From Vulcanimicrobiota bacterium (lineage in GTDB: Bacteria > Vulcanimicrobiota > Vulcanimicrobiia > Eremiobacterales > Eremiobacteraceae): 64,000 bases of DNA. Positions 40,406 through 49,948 of the stretch are shown here, in pieces. Under the pieces are notes generated by a model, which saw nothing but the letters and a program-made list of their open reading frames with translations, ran no database searches and was not told where the DNA came from. Location of the stretch: the NCBI GenBank assembly GCA_963805945.1, contig CAWDVP010000006.1, positions 448,001 through 512,000 on the forward strand. Reading direction: 5' to 3'. The translations under genes were made by a program, and so were the position numbers. Within the stretch, counting starts at the first letter, position 1. Every line of letters starts with the position of its first letter.

Positions 40406-40967
40406 CCGCCGGCCGGCCGAGCTGGCGCGCGAGCCGCGCGAGCATATGGCGGCGGATGAAGTGCGAGAAGGGCCCGATCAGCCGGAAGTAGCGCTTGAAG
40501 CGCCGCCAGGAATCCTCGTCCGTCGCGCTCACACGTAAGTCAATCTCCACACGCGTCACCGTCGCGCCGCGGGGCTCACATCGAAGCTCCCACGCGACTT
40601 TCACCCAACCCGCTTCGTCGAATGCTGCGAAACGGCCGGCGTCCTCGAAATCGGTGAACTCGATATCGGGCTGCCAGACCTTGCCGATGGCGCCGACCGT
40701 GATGCTCGAGCCGGGTCGCTCGTCGAGGATCCGAAAGCCGTGGGCGGCCGAGGTGACGTCGTCGATGCTCATACGCAGCGGCTCGACGCGGCCCCCGCTC
40801 AGCCGTCCGGGTATCGTGCGCAACGCGAACAACGCCCGCACGAGCGGCGCGCTGCTGAAATCGAGATGCCGAACCGCTTCCCATGCGCGCGCCTGCGGAA
40901 CGCCGACGTCGATGTGATCGAGCTGGTGTAATCGGGGTACGGCGATGGCTCGCGCGAGGGCAGTCAC
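40386..40967 (-). CDS. Hypothetical protein (DUF2867-like)
   Basis: LFALR, GAIGKVW, RVSATDEDSWRRFKRYFRLIGPFSHFIRR. Confidence 0.65.
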   Translation of the reverse strand: MTALARAIAVPRLHQLDHIDVGVPQARAWEAVRHLDFSSAPLVRALFALRTIPGRLSGGRVEPLRMSIDDVTSAAHGFRILDERPGSSITVGAIGKVWQPDIEFTDFEDAGRFAAFDEAGWVKVAWELRCEPRGATVTRVEIDLRVSATDEDSWRRFKRYFRLIGPFSHFIRRHMLARLARQLGRPAVSGAAG

Positions 40968-40973
40968 CGGCTT

Positions 40974-41397
40974 CTACTCCGAGTAGAACACGCGCTTCGG
41001 GTCGTCAAGCAGGACTACCGCGATCGGCACCTTCGGACCCGGCCATGCCCGGCGTGCCTGTCGGCATGCCGGGCAGCGCGATCCCTCGCGTCTTCGGTCT
41101 GGCGCGCAGCAGCTGCGCGACCGCCGGCATCGGCACATGGCCTTCGATGAGGTACGACCCGATGACGCCGGTATGGCAGCTCGACAGCGCCCCCGGGATA
41201 GAGAATTTCGCCAAGCGCTCCGCGCGATCGATATCGACGATCGTGACGTCGTAACCGGCCGATTGCATCGCCGCAGCCCAGCCCCCGCAGCAGCCGCAGC
41301 CACGGTCCCGGTAGACCATGCATTGTTGCTTCGCCGCGAGCGCCGGGATGGCGAAAGCGACGACCGCAATTCCTGTGAGAAAGCTGGTACGTTTCAT
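40974..41397 (-). CDS. DUF411 (CopG-like) metal-binding protein, apparent frameshift near 41044
   Basis: GCGCCGGW, SCHT, IEGHVP, LPGMPTGTPGM; the C-terminus continues in another frame to 40974. Confidence 0.85.
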
Positions 41398-41481
41398 GCT
41401 TGGAGTATAGGTCCTAGGACATGCGCCGGGTTGGAAGAACTATGGAAGGATGGTGGCCCCGCTCGGCCAGAGAGGAGCCCG

Positions 41482-41943
41482 ATGAGACTTTTCGCGGTCC
41501 CCAAAAACCCGGCCCTGGCTTTGTGGCTAGCCGCGGGCTGCTTCGCTGTCATCGGTGCGATCGACGTCGGCTACTCGCTGCGTGGGCACGTGCCGGGGTT
41601 CATACCGGGACCGCACTTCCCGTCACCGATCGACCGGCTCGCGGGCCGGTCCGTCGTCGATCTCGTCGGCGTGGCGCAGCTGATCGCGGCGCTCGGTCTG
41701 TTCTTCCGTCAAGTCTGGGTGCGCTGGTGGTCGCTGGCATTCCTCATCGGCTGGGGCGCCGTGACGCTTGTCGCGCTCCTGATCGTGCTGCCGTTCACGG
41801 CCTTCTGGAACCCGAACGACTTGCCACACCTGGTCTTGTGGACGTGGGTGATGCTAGTCGTCTATGGCTGGATCTTCGTCACGCTGTCGCGCGATGACGA
41901 GCTGACGATGCTCGCGGGCCGGCCCTGGCGCGGTCCTCTTTGA
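41482..41943 (+). CDS. Hypothetical membrane protein
   Basis: GAGGAG RBS and four hydrophobic segments. Confidence 0.6.
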   Translation: MRLFAVPKNPALALWLAAGCFAVIGAIDVGYSLRGHVPGFIPGPHFPSPIDRLAGRSVVDLVGVAQLIAALGLFFRQVWVRWWSLAFLIGWGAVTLVALLIVLPFTAFWNPNDLPHLVLWTWVMLVVYGWIFVTLSRDDELTMLAGRPWRGPL

Positions 41944-42517
41944 ACGCGGTCGTGCCACGCGCAGTCGAGCAGATGGTCGTTCACCATGCCCACCGCCTGC
42001 ATGAACGCATAGCAGATCGTGGGGCCGACGAAGCGAAAGCCGCGTGTGCGCAGATCCTTGCTCAACGCTTCAGCGCGCGCTGTCGCACGCCGGAACCTCG
42101 GCGAGCCGGCGCCGTTTTCCATCGATCGGCGCCCCGTCGACGAAACGCCAGACGTATGCGTCGAAACTGCCGAACTCGCGCTGCACCGCGAGAAACGCTC
42201 GGCGCGTTGGCGACCGTCGCCTCGATCTTCAGGCGGTTGCGCACGATGCCGGGATCGCCCATCAGCTTCTTCTTCCGCGCCGCCGTGAAGCGCGCGACGC
42301 GTGCGGGATCGAAGCCGGCGAACGCTTTGTGATAATTCGCGCGCTTGCGCAGGATCGTCTCCCAGCTCAGCCCTGCTTGCGCACCCTCCAAGATGAGGAA
42401 TTCGAAGAGCACGCGGTCGTCATGGACCGGCACGCCCCACTCTTCGTCATGGTATCGCGTCTCGGGCTCACGCGCGGCCCACGGGCAGCGTTTCGGGCTT
42501 GTGGCTTTAGGCTTCGT
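41862..42517 (-). CDS. tag: DNA-3-methyladenine glycosylase I, two apparent frameshifts and no canonical start (sequencing error or pseudogene)
   Basis: RCPWA, YHDEEWGVP, LEGAQAGLSW, GIVRNRLKI, GFRFVGPTICYAFMQAVGMVNDH. Confidence 0.88.
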
Positions 42518-42670
42518 AGGGCGCGCCCTTGCCGGTCGAGCAGAACTTGCTCAGGCTCTCCAAGTAATAGCCCCAGTTGAAATTATACGTGCCGTAATAG
42601 TCGTCTGCGAGTTCGACCGCGTAGTACTGCCAGAAACGCAGGCACGTCACGAAACTCCCTTGCGATGTCT
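42507..42670 (-). pseudogene. C-terminal remnant resembling an SRPBCC/AHSA1 domain protein
   Basis: NFNWGYYLESLSKFCSTGKGAPY resembles the terminal helix of SRPBCC proteins; there is no room for the N-terminal part. Confidence 0.45.
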
Positions 42671-43291
42671 TTATGGAGCGGTAACCACTGTGTAGTAGAG
42701 ACCGTTGGCTCCGTACGCCGGCTTGAACCATGTGGTGCCACATTGGGTGTAGGTCACACCTGACACCGTTTGACTCGTGCAGCCTGTGGTGGGCACTGCT
42801 GTCGTCTGTTCGCCGATCGAGTAGCCGACTGCCGCTCCCACCGCCGCGGCTCCGGCGATGCAGCCATAGCATGCGGCCGCGCAGTTATAGCAGCCCGTAT
42901 TGTAGACCGGCGGCGGCGGCGGATAGCCGTAGTAGCCATCCGTGTGGTACGCGCCACCGTAGTACGACCCAGAGGTCGTGCCGCCATAGACGTTCGTGTG
43001 CGTGGCGCCCTCTCCGTACGCTCCCGAGGTCGTGCCCCCGTACGTGTTCGTGTGGGTGGCACCGCTGCCGTACTTGCCCGACGTGCTGCCTCCGTACACG
43101 TTCGAATGCGTCGCGCCGCTGCCGTACGAACCCGAGGTCGAGCCGCCGTACATGTTCGTATGCGACGTCGAGCCATAGCTATGTGACGTACTGCCGCCAT
43201 ACGCGTTCGCGTGGCCGTACGCATATGCGGTGCCGGATTGCAGCGCGGCGAGTGCGAGGCCGGCGAGGGTGATGACGATCTTCTTCAACAT
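42671..43291 (-). CDS. Secreted Gly/Tyr/Thr/Ser-rich tandem-repeat protein
   Basis: GAGGA RBS, signal peptide, five 17-18 aa repeats HxNxYGGxTSGxYGxGAT, Pro run, Cys-containing C-terminal domain. Confidence 0.85.
   Translation of the reverse strand: MLKKIVITLAGLALAALQSGTAYAYGHANAYGGSTSHSYGSTSHTNMYGGSTSGSYGSGATHSNVYGGSTSGKYGSGATHTNTYGGTTSGAYGEGATHTNVYGGTTSGSYYGGAYHTDGYYGYPPPPPVYNTGCYNCAAACYGCIAGAAAVGAAVGYSIGEQTTAVPTTGCTSQTVSGVTYTQCGTTWFKPAYGANGLYYTVVTAP
42947..43213 (-). repeat. Coding tandem repeat, about 54-bp unit, five copies
   Basis: 267 bp encoding 17+18+18+18+18 aa. Confidence 0.85.
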
Positions 43292-43326
43292 GATAGGTTC
43301 CTCTTCACGATTCAAATTCTGCAAGG

Positions 43327-44175
43327 CTAGGTGTGCTTCGGTGACGGCGTCGGCGGAGCGTACGGATGCTTGAACGGGATGTGCTTGGCGTTCGCGGCTT
43401 CGGCCGAGCTGAACGCGTCCGCCGCCACCGTCGGGTCGAGCTGCCAGTCGGAGAACGCGAGTTCGTGCCGCAGCTTCGCTGGATCGTTCAGGTACACCGC
43501 TCGCACGAGCCGCGGCAATTTGTCGTCCACGCCGATCCAGACTTGCTCGAAGACGCCGTTCGCGACATATGCGACTTCGTCCGTCGTCGTGCCCATGACC
43601 ACGTGCGATTGCCCGACGTAATATGCGAGTTTGAGACCTTTCGCGAGGTCTCCATACGGGTCCGTGACGATCACGTCGGTGAACGGGAAATACTGCCCTG
43701 ACAACTTGTATGCCGCTTCGAGCATGGTATCGATCGTCGCCGGGGCCGGCGAGGTGGCGACCAGGTTCTCCGCGGGAGCGAACGCGGTGACCGTTTTGCC
43801 GTCGTAATAGTAATGGCGGACCGGACCATCTCCGAGCACAAAGACGCGCAGCTTGTCGGGACGCACGAGCGTCACTTGATACCCGGTCGCGAACGCTAGC
43901 GGATGCCCTTGCCGGCTCGACTGCTCGTACAGCTCGGTCGCGGTGAACGACACGCTTTTCGCGGCCGCCAGTTTGGCACTGCTCGCTTTGAGGATGTCGA
44001 GCGCTCTCGGCTCCAACGACGGCACGGGGGCCGCTGTCGGCCTTGCTGTCGGCTTTGATGTCGGCTTTGCCGTCGGCGACGTCGCCGCGGAGGCCTGACC
44101 GATCAGGGCTGCGAGCGCAGCCGCAAGGAGCGACAACGCGATGGCAACGTGCCAAGCGGGCTTTCTCATCATCAT
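43327..44175 (-). CDS. DUF2092 domain periplasmic protein (LolA-like fold)
   Basis: ALDILK, RPDKLRV, YYDGKTVT, QVWIG...LP, FSDW. Confidence 0.8.
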   Translation of the reverse strand: MMMRKPAWHVAIALSLLAAALAALIGQASAATSPTAKPTSKPTARPTAAPVPSLEPRALDILKASSAKLAAAKSVSFTATELYEQSSRQGHPLAFATGYQVTLVRPDKLRVFVLGDGPVRHYYYDGKTVTAFAPAENLVATSPAPATIDTMLEAAYKLSGQYFPFTDVIVTDPYGDLAKGLKLAYYVGQSHVVMGTTTDEVAYVANGVFEQVWIGVDDKLPRLVRAVYLNDPAKLRHELAFSDWQLDPTVAADAFSSAEAANAKHIPFKHPYAPPTPSPKHT

Positions 44176-44245
44176 AAGCCTTTCACGTACAGGGGAAGGT
44201 CCTGTTGGAAAATGGTGGCTCAAATCCTGCATTGCGGCGCACGAC

Positions 44246-44279
44246 AAGAGCGCTGATCCCGCAGGGGATCAGCGCTCTT
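44246..44279 (-). terminator. Perfect 15-bp stem-loop downstream of tRNA-Asn
   Basis: AAGAGCGCTGATCCC-GCAG-GGGATCAGCGCTCTT, 11 nt past the tRNA CCA end. Confidence 0.75.
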
Positions 44280-44290
44280 CCTTGCGTTTT

Positions 44291-44366
44291 TGGCTCCCCG
44301 AGTTGGACTCGAACCAACGACATTCTGATTAACAGTCAGACGCTCTACCAACTGAGCTATCGGGGA
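44291..44366 (-). tRNA. tRNA-Asn (GTT)
   Basis: 76 nt: TCCCCGA acceptor stem, AGCTCAGTTGGTAGAGC D arm, TCTGA-CTGTTAA-TCAGA anticodon arm, GGTTCGAGTCC T arm, encoded CCA. Confidence 0.97.
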
Positions 44367-44594
44367 ATGCTCTCGCTTCGGGCCGGCGCCTCGTTAATTG
44401 GCGCTGATTTTCCTTGGACGGCCTACTCGATATCGCCTGCCGCCGGGGGCGACGACGCTTGATGTAGGTCGCATTTCGGTAGGCGATGCGCCACCGCACC
44501 GGGAATGAAAAGCGCTTCGTGCCCAAAGGGTGCCGTTCGACGTTCTTCGTGAATGTCGGGTCGAGTCGTATTCGTAGAAATCAGGAGAACCATC

Positions 44595-45534
44595 ATGGCC
44601 AAGACAGCCGAAAAGCCTAAGAAGCCGGCGAGCAACGGCAAATCAAAAGCAGCGAAGCCGACGTACGTCGACGGCAAGCCGTTCGACCACGTGCAGTTCT
44701 TCGACGCGAAGCTCATCCTCAAGCCGGACTTCTTCGCCACCGTCAAGGGCTTCAAGGCCTTCAGCGAGCTGGTCGCAGAGGCCGCCGCCAAGGTGCAGAA
44801 GGTCAAGTACGAAGCTTTCGATCTGTCGAAGGCGCGGCCGCGCATCAGAGAGGTCATGTTCCTCGATACGGCTGACTTCCGGCTCTACAACAACGCGTTC
44901 ATCTTGCGACGACGCACCGAATACCAAGACGGCTTCCCCATCGCCGATCCTGAAGTCGTCTTCAAGTACCGCGAGCACCGACCTGCAAGAAGCCGCCCAT
45001 ACGGACGTCAGGCCGAAGATCGCCGGCCCGTACCGGATAAAGTTCAAAGCAGAGGCTCTCCCCCTCAAGAACGAGGTCGGCGGCTATCGCATGCTCTATG
45101 CGCATAACGCCAGATTCCCGGTGAGCTCGGTGCACGAGCCCGACCGTACCAGCCTCAAGACGATCGCACGCGTCATGCCCGCGGTGGCTGGCCTGATCGG
45201 CCCCGAAGAGCAGGGCAAAGTGGAGCTCGTCAACTCGACGCTCGTCGAAGAAGTGCTCATGGACATCGGCATGATCGACTTCGGCAAGGGCTTCATGGCC
45301 AAGGCGAACATCTCGTTGTGGCGCTCTCTTGGCGATCACAGCGTCATGTGCGGCGAGTTCGCGTATCAGACCAAATTCGACGCAGCTGCAAACGTGAACG
45401 CGCTGGTCAAGCAGCGCGTGGAAGAGCTCTTCATCAAACTGCAGATACTCGCGACGGGCTGGCTGTTCTTGGGCACCACCAAGACCGGACTTGTCTATCG
45501 CCTCAAGGGCAACCCGCCGCAAAGCCATGAGTGA
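44595..45534 (+). CDS. CYTH-like superfamily hypothetical protein, apparent frameshift near 44972
   Basis: AGGAG RBS; KLILKP, FLDTADFRL...FILRRR, VFKYR, C-terminal TTKT; two ORF pieces join into one protein. Confidence 0.6.
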
Positions 45535-46684
45535 CGCCGTGACGCCGGCCGCGCCGGCGCCGATAGCGGCGGAGGCGAAGAACGTCTCGATCGGCGACAT
45601 CTTCCTCGCCTTCCTGCTCATAGGAGCGACGAGTTTCGGCGGCGGCGCGGTCGCCTATCTGCGCGCGAGTCTCGTGACCAAGCACGAATGGTTCGACGAT
45701 AAGGGCTTCCTGGAGCTCTTCTCCATCAGCCAGTCGCTGCCGGGCCTCAACACGACGAACATGGCGATCCTCGCTGGCGACCGCCTGCGCGGCACGATGG
45801 GCGCCCTCGTCGCGATAGCCGGCATCATCCTGCCCGGCGCGATCATCATGACCATCGTCGGCGTCCTCTACGGCATGCACGGCGACCGGCCGCTCGTCAC
45901 CGCTGCGCTGCATGGCGTTGCAGCGGCCGCGCTCGGGCTCATCCTCGTCACCTTTTGGAACTTGGCGAGCAAGACCGTCCGCGGCGTGATCGATATCATC
46001 TTCATCGTGCTTGCGGTCATCGTCGTCAACTGGTTCCACGTCTCTGTGCTCTATGCGCTGCTCGGTCTCGCGGTATTGGGGACATTCATCCACCGGCCGC
46101 GACGCGAAGGCGCAGGAGAAGTCCGCATGAACCAGCTGGGACCGCTCTTCCTCGTCTTCGCGTATCTCTCGCTGCTCACCGTCGGCGGCGGCATGGCCGC
46201 ATATCCCGAGATGGAACAGCTCACTGTCAACGTGCACCATTGGCTGACGGACGGCCAGCTCACGCATCTCTATAGCGTCGGTCAGATGGCTCCAGGACCG
46301 AACATGAACATGGTCGCCTCGGTGGGCGAGCGGGTCGCCGGCGTTTTGGGAGCGTTGGTCGTCCTCATCGCGTTCTATGGTCCGACCGGCATCCTGACGT
46401 TGAGCATCGGGCGTCTCTGGACCAAACTCGCGAATTGGCCGTGGCGGACGTCGATCCAGGAAGGCCTCGCGCCGACCGCCCTCGGTCTCATGCTCGCGGG
46501 AGCGTTCACCTTCGGCAAGAGCGCGCTCCGGTTCGCCAAGTCGCCGACTGCGCCGGTGGAGATCAGCTGGATCGGCCTCGCGATCACGGTCGTGGTGTTC
46601 GTGATCTTGCTGCGCACCAAGGTGAACCCGGCCCTGCTCGTGCTCGCCGGCGGGCTCATCGGCCTCGTCGTGGATCATCCCTAA
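45527..46684 (+). CDS. chrA: Chromate transporter ChrA family, two short-chain units appearing fused
   Basis: SFGGG...SQSLPG and TVGGG...GQMAPGP; internal AGGAG plus ATG at 46127. Confidence 0.88.
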   Translation: MSDAVTPAAPAPIAAEAKNVSIGDIFLAFLLIGATSFGGGAVAYLRASLVTKHEWFDDKGFLELFSISQSLPGLNTTNMAILAGDRLRGTMGALVAIAGIILPGAIIMTIVGVLYGMHGDRPLVTAALHGVAAAALGLILVTFWNLASKTVRGVIDIIFIVLAVIVVNWFHVSVLYALLGLAVLGTFIHRPRREGAGEVRMNQLGPLFLVFAYLSLLTVGGGMAAYPEMEQLTVNVHHWLTDGQLTHLYSVGQMAPGPNMNMVASVGERVAGVLGALVVLIAFYGPTGILTLSIGRLWTKLANWPWRTSIQEGLAPTALGLMLAGAFTFGKSALRFAKSPTAPVEISWIGLAITVVVFVILLRTKVNPALLVLAGGLIGLVVDHP

Positions 46685-46714
46685 GCAAGAGATCAGAAGA
46701 AAAGAGAACGCGGG

Positions 46715-47824
46715 CTACATCGCGAGGCGAAAACCGATGTGGTTCGCGGAACTGCTCGGCTCCGTTTCACCGCGCCCGCCGACCTCATAGCGCGAGCAGA
46801 ACTGATCCGTGCATAGGAACGAACCGCCGCGGACGGAGTGCTTCATCACGCCCGGCTCCTGCGGATCGTAGCTGTCCGCGGGTCCCTTCGGGTCCACGGC
46901 GACGCCGCCAGCTTTCGCGAGCTGCTCGTAATAGTCGGCGCGATACCAATCGGACGTCCACTCCCACACGTTGCCCGACATGTCGTAGAGACCGTAGCCG
47001 TTGGCGTGGAACGACGCTACAGGCGTGGTCGTCGGACGGTTATGCGGCGCGGTGCTCTTGTCGGGGAAGTGCCCGTGGTACGTGTTGGCCATCGTCGTGC
47101 CGTTGGGTGTGAACTCACTGCCCCAAGCGAACTGCTTGCAATCGAGCCCACCGCGTTCTGCGAACTCGAACTCGGCCTCCGTCGGCAGGCGCGCTCCCGC
47201 CCATTTCGCATACGCCCGCGCGTCCTCAAACGCCATCTGCACCACCGGATAATTGCCGCGGCCCGCGATCGAGCTGCCCGGACCCTCTGGATGCCGCCAA
47301 TTGGCGCCTTTGACGTAGCGCCACCACTGGGAATCGTCGTTGAGCTCGACCGGATGATCGGGCGGCGTGAACACCAGCGAGCCGGCCACGAGATTCTCGG
47401 GCGGCGCGTCAGGGAAATCTTTTTGGAGCGGCTTGCGCTCCGCGACCGTGACGTAGTGCGTCGCGGCGACGAACTTGGCGAACTCGTCGTTCGTCACCAC
47501 GGTTCGGCCGATCCAAAAGCCGCTCACGCGCACGCGATGCCACGGCCGCGCATCCGGGAATTTCGGATTGTTCGAGCCCATCGAATACTCGCCCCCGGGG
47601 ATCCACACCATGCCCGGGTGGCTCGCGCCGGCCGGCGGCTGCCGGTCCGCAGCGAAGACGGTCGGCTTGCAGGTCGACGAGTCCGCAGCCGAGGTGGCGA
47701 ACATGCCTTGTGCCGGCGCTTCCGTAGCCGGCGTGCTCGCCGTCTGCGACTTGCCGCACGACATCAACGTACTCGCCATCAGGATCAGCGCTACGAGCGA
47801 CGCTCGGCGTCTTGTGATGAACAT
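46715..47824 (-). CDS. Formylglycine-generating enzyme family (SUMF1), predicted lipoprotein
   Basis: WRHPEGP, YPVVQ, RLPTEAEFE, NGYGLYDMSGNVWEW, RGGSFLCTDQFCSRY, HIGFR. Confidence 0.92.
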   Translation of the reverse strand: MFITRRRASLVALILMASTLMSCGKSQTASTPATEAPAQGMFATSAADSSTCKPTVFAADRQPPAGASHPGMVWIPGGEYSMGSNNPKFPDARPWHRVRVSGFWIGRTVVTNDEFAKFVAATHYVTVAERKPLQKDFPDAPPENLVAGSLVFTPPDHPVELNDDSQWWRYVKGANWRHPEGPGSSIAGRGNYPVVQMAFEDARAYAKWAGARLPTEAEFEFAERGGLDCKQFAWGSEFTPNGTTMANTYHGHFPDKSTAPHNRPTTTPVASFHANGYGLYDMSGNVWEWTSDWYRADYYEQLAKAGGVAVDPKGPADSYDPQEPGVMKHSVRGGSFLCTDQFCSRYEVGGRGETEPSSSANHIGFRLAM

Positions 47825-48051
47825 TGTATCGGGGACGATCCTCTGCGGTGACACGTGCCGTGGCTTCGACCACGGTGACGATAAACCCGGCCCTACCGGT
47901 TTGATGACTTTCGCCCAAACCCATGCCCGTCGAACCGCTCCGGAATTTCTCAGCAACGCGATGAACCGACGGGCGACCTTCCTCGTGCGCAGGAAGTTCC
48001 CGAGCCGCGGCCAAGCGCCACCCGGTCGTCAGGCCCTCTGAGGAGCGTTCA

Positions 48052-48885
48052 ATGTACGATCTGTTCGCGCATAGTCCGGTCTGGCTGGTATTCGCGAGCT
48101 TCACAATCGTGCCGGCCATCGCGGCGGTCGTGTTGCACGCCATCTTTCGACGCATCGTCCCGCCTGAGAAGCTGCTGCCGCACCACGAGGTGGCGGGGTT
48201 CCTCGTCGCGGTCGTCGGCGTGCTCTACGCGGTCGTCCTCGGCTTTCTCGTCATCAGCGTCTGGGCGAGTTTCGATGAGGCGCAGCGCAATGCGAATGCC
48301 GAGACGAATGACGTCGCGGATCTCATACACCTCGCGCACTTCTTGCCGGAACCGCAGCGCATGCGCGCGCGCGTGATGCTCAGCCAGTACACGTTCGAAG
48401 TCCGCGACAACGAGTGGGAGCAGCTGGGGAACGGCGAAGAGGACCATCGTGCTCGCGTGTTGATGCTCGCAGCGTTCCGGATCTTCGCAGACGCGCCGCT
48501 ACCAGCCAGCGGCAGCCAAGCAGAACTGCTGCGAGAGGCGTCGTTGCGAGACGCCGCGATGGTCAGCTTCCGTGAGTTGGCCTCACATCGCAGGCTGCGC
48601 CTGCTCGATGCGCAGAGCCACGTACCGGAGCCGATGTACCTCGCGCTGATCCTCGGCAGCTTGATCCTGCTCGCGTTCGTCTTCTTGTTCGGCGTCAGCA
48701 ACGCGCCGCTGCAGCTGGTGATGACCGGGCTCATCGCCGCGATGATCGGGCTGCAGCTCGGCCTGATCTTCGAGTTGGATCGGCCCTTCTGGGGCGCGCT
48801 GAAGGTCAGCTCGAATGCGTGGACGCTGCTGATAGACGACAACCATCTGCAGAACCTCTATCCCAACATCCAACTGCCCGAATGA
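48052..48885 (+). CDS. DUF4239-like membrane protein
   Basis: VGVLYAVVLGF...VW..F, R.LRL, LDRPFWG.L.VS. Confidence 0.75.
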   Translation: MYDLFAHSPVWLVFASFTIVPAIAAVVLHAIFRRIVPPEKLLPHHEVAGFLVAVVGVLYAVVLGFLVISVWASFDEAQRNANAETNDVADLIHLAHFLPEPQRMRARVMLSQYTFEVRDNEWEQLGNGEEDHRARVLMLAAFRIFADAPLPASGSQAELLREASLRDAAMVSFRELASHRRLRLLDAQSHVPEPMYLALILGSLILLAFVFLFGVSNAPLQLVMTGLIAAMIGLQLGLIFELDRPFWGALKVSSNAWTLLIDDNHLQNLYPNIQLPE

Positions 48886-48889
48886 CGTC

Positions 48890-49849
48890 CTACGGCGTGT
48901 AGTGTCGTTTGACCGGAAAGAGGAAGCTGAGCACGACCTTCAGCTGCGTGCTGGGCGCGAGATTCGGCTTCACGATATTGCTGTAGTACTGCACCCCGAA
49001 TTGCATCGGCGTGGTCGCGAGCCTGAAGGTCTTGGTCAGGCCGAGGCCGAGCGGCACCGTCCATGCTTGCCCAGGCGTCGCGCTGAAATTCGCGGTGATG
49101 TTCGGCGCTGTCGAAAGGGCCCAGCCCTTGCCGAAATTATAGTTGACGAAGGGCTGGACGAGCATCGAGTTGACCGCGGGATTCGTCGAGCTCGAACCGC
49201 CGATGCTCCACAGCTGTGTGACCAGCGCGCCCATGACGAAATTGCCGGGCATGATGAGGCCGACAGCATCCACCCCTGCGGCCGTCTGGTGTGACCCGAT
49301 CGGTCCGAGATTCGGTGAGGCGGTCGCGAACTGGAAGATCGGCCCTGCGCCCCACGTGACGGTGGCCGGCTTCGCCGGCGTGAAATACGTCTGTTGCTGG
49401 ATGTCGCCGAAGCCGGTCAACGTGGGACAGCCGATCGTGGAATTGCATTGCGATGGGGGCAGCAAAGAAGGTGCGTCGACGATCGGCACGATCGTGCGCG
49501 AGATGAGATTCCACTGCTTGCTGAGCACGATAGGGATGACCGGCTGGATGTTGACGACGGTCTGCGTGCGTTGATATTGACCTGCGCCGTAGTAGAAATT
49601 GCCTTGGAACGGAAGCACGCCCAAGTTGCCGACTGGATTTTGTGACTGCTTGATGAGCGCTTTTGCTGCAGCCGCTTGGGCGGCGGCATCGTCCGCCGGC
49701 GCCGAGCCGGCATCTCCGGCGGCGGCCGGACTCGCTACCGGGGCTGGGCTTGCAGGAGAGCCTGCGTCCGCGAGGGCGATCGATGGCACCAACGGTGCGA
49801 TGAGCAGAAAGGCCGCGACGAGCGCCGTGTTCTTCGAGAGATATTTCAA
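48890..49849 (-). CDS. Outer-membrane beta-barrel of the family often labelled neuromedin U
   Basis: QNPVGNL, NIQPVIP, WNLISRTIVP, GFGD, QPFVNYN, WTVPLG, C-terminal FLFP. Confidence 0.7.
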   Translation of the reverse strand: MKYLSKNTALVAAFLLIAPLVPSIALADAGSPASPAPVASPAAAGDAGSAPADDAAAQAAAAKALIKQSQNPVGNLGVLPFQGNFYYGAGQYQRTQTVVNIQPVIPIVLSKQWNLISRTIVPIVDAPSLLPPSQCNSTIGCPTLTGFGDIQQQTYFTPAKPATVTWGAGPIFQFATASPNLGPIGSHQTAAGVDAVGLIMPGNFVMGALVTQLWSIGGSSSTNPAVNSMLVQPFVNYNFGKGWALSTAPNITANFSATPGQAWTVPLGLGLTKTFRLATTPMQFGVQYYSNIVKPNLAPSTQLKVVLSFLFPVKRHYTP

Positions 49850-49948
49850 GATGGTACCTTTTCTAGAATGGTGAGGGCCGTGCCGGAATTGATTGGAAAT
49901 CATCGAGCCAATGCCCTCGGTTCGCGCTGTCCTCTGAGGACCTATGTC

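Noticed and set aside
41411..41420. Palindrome GTCCTAGGAC in the divergent gap upstream of the DUF411 gene
   Set aside because: A single 10-bp palindrome with no second copy or regulator nearby; cannot be supported as an operator.
44291..44366. Prophage or integrative element at tRNA-Asn
   Set aside because: No integrase, phage genes or duplicated tRNA 3' end seen in the window.
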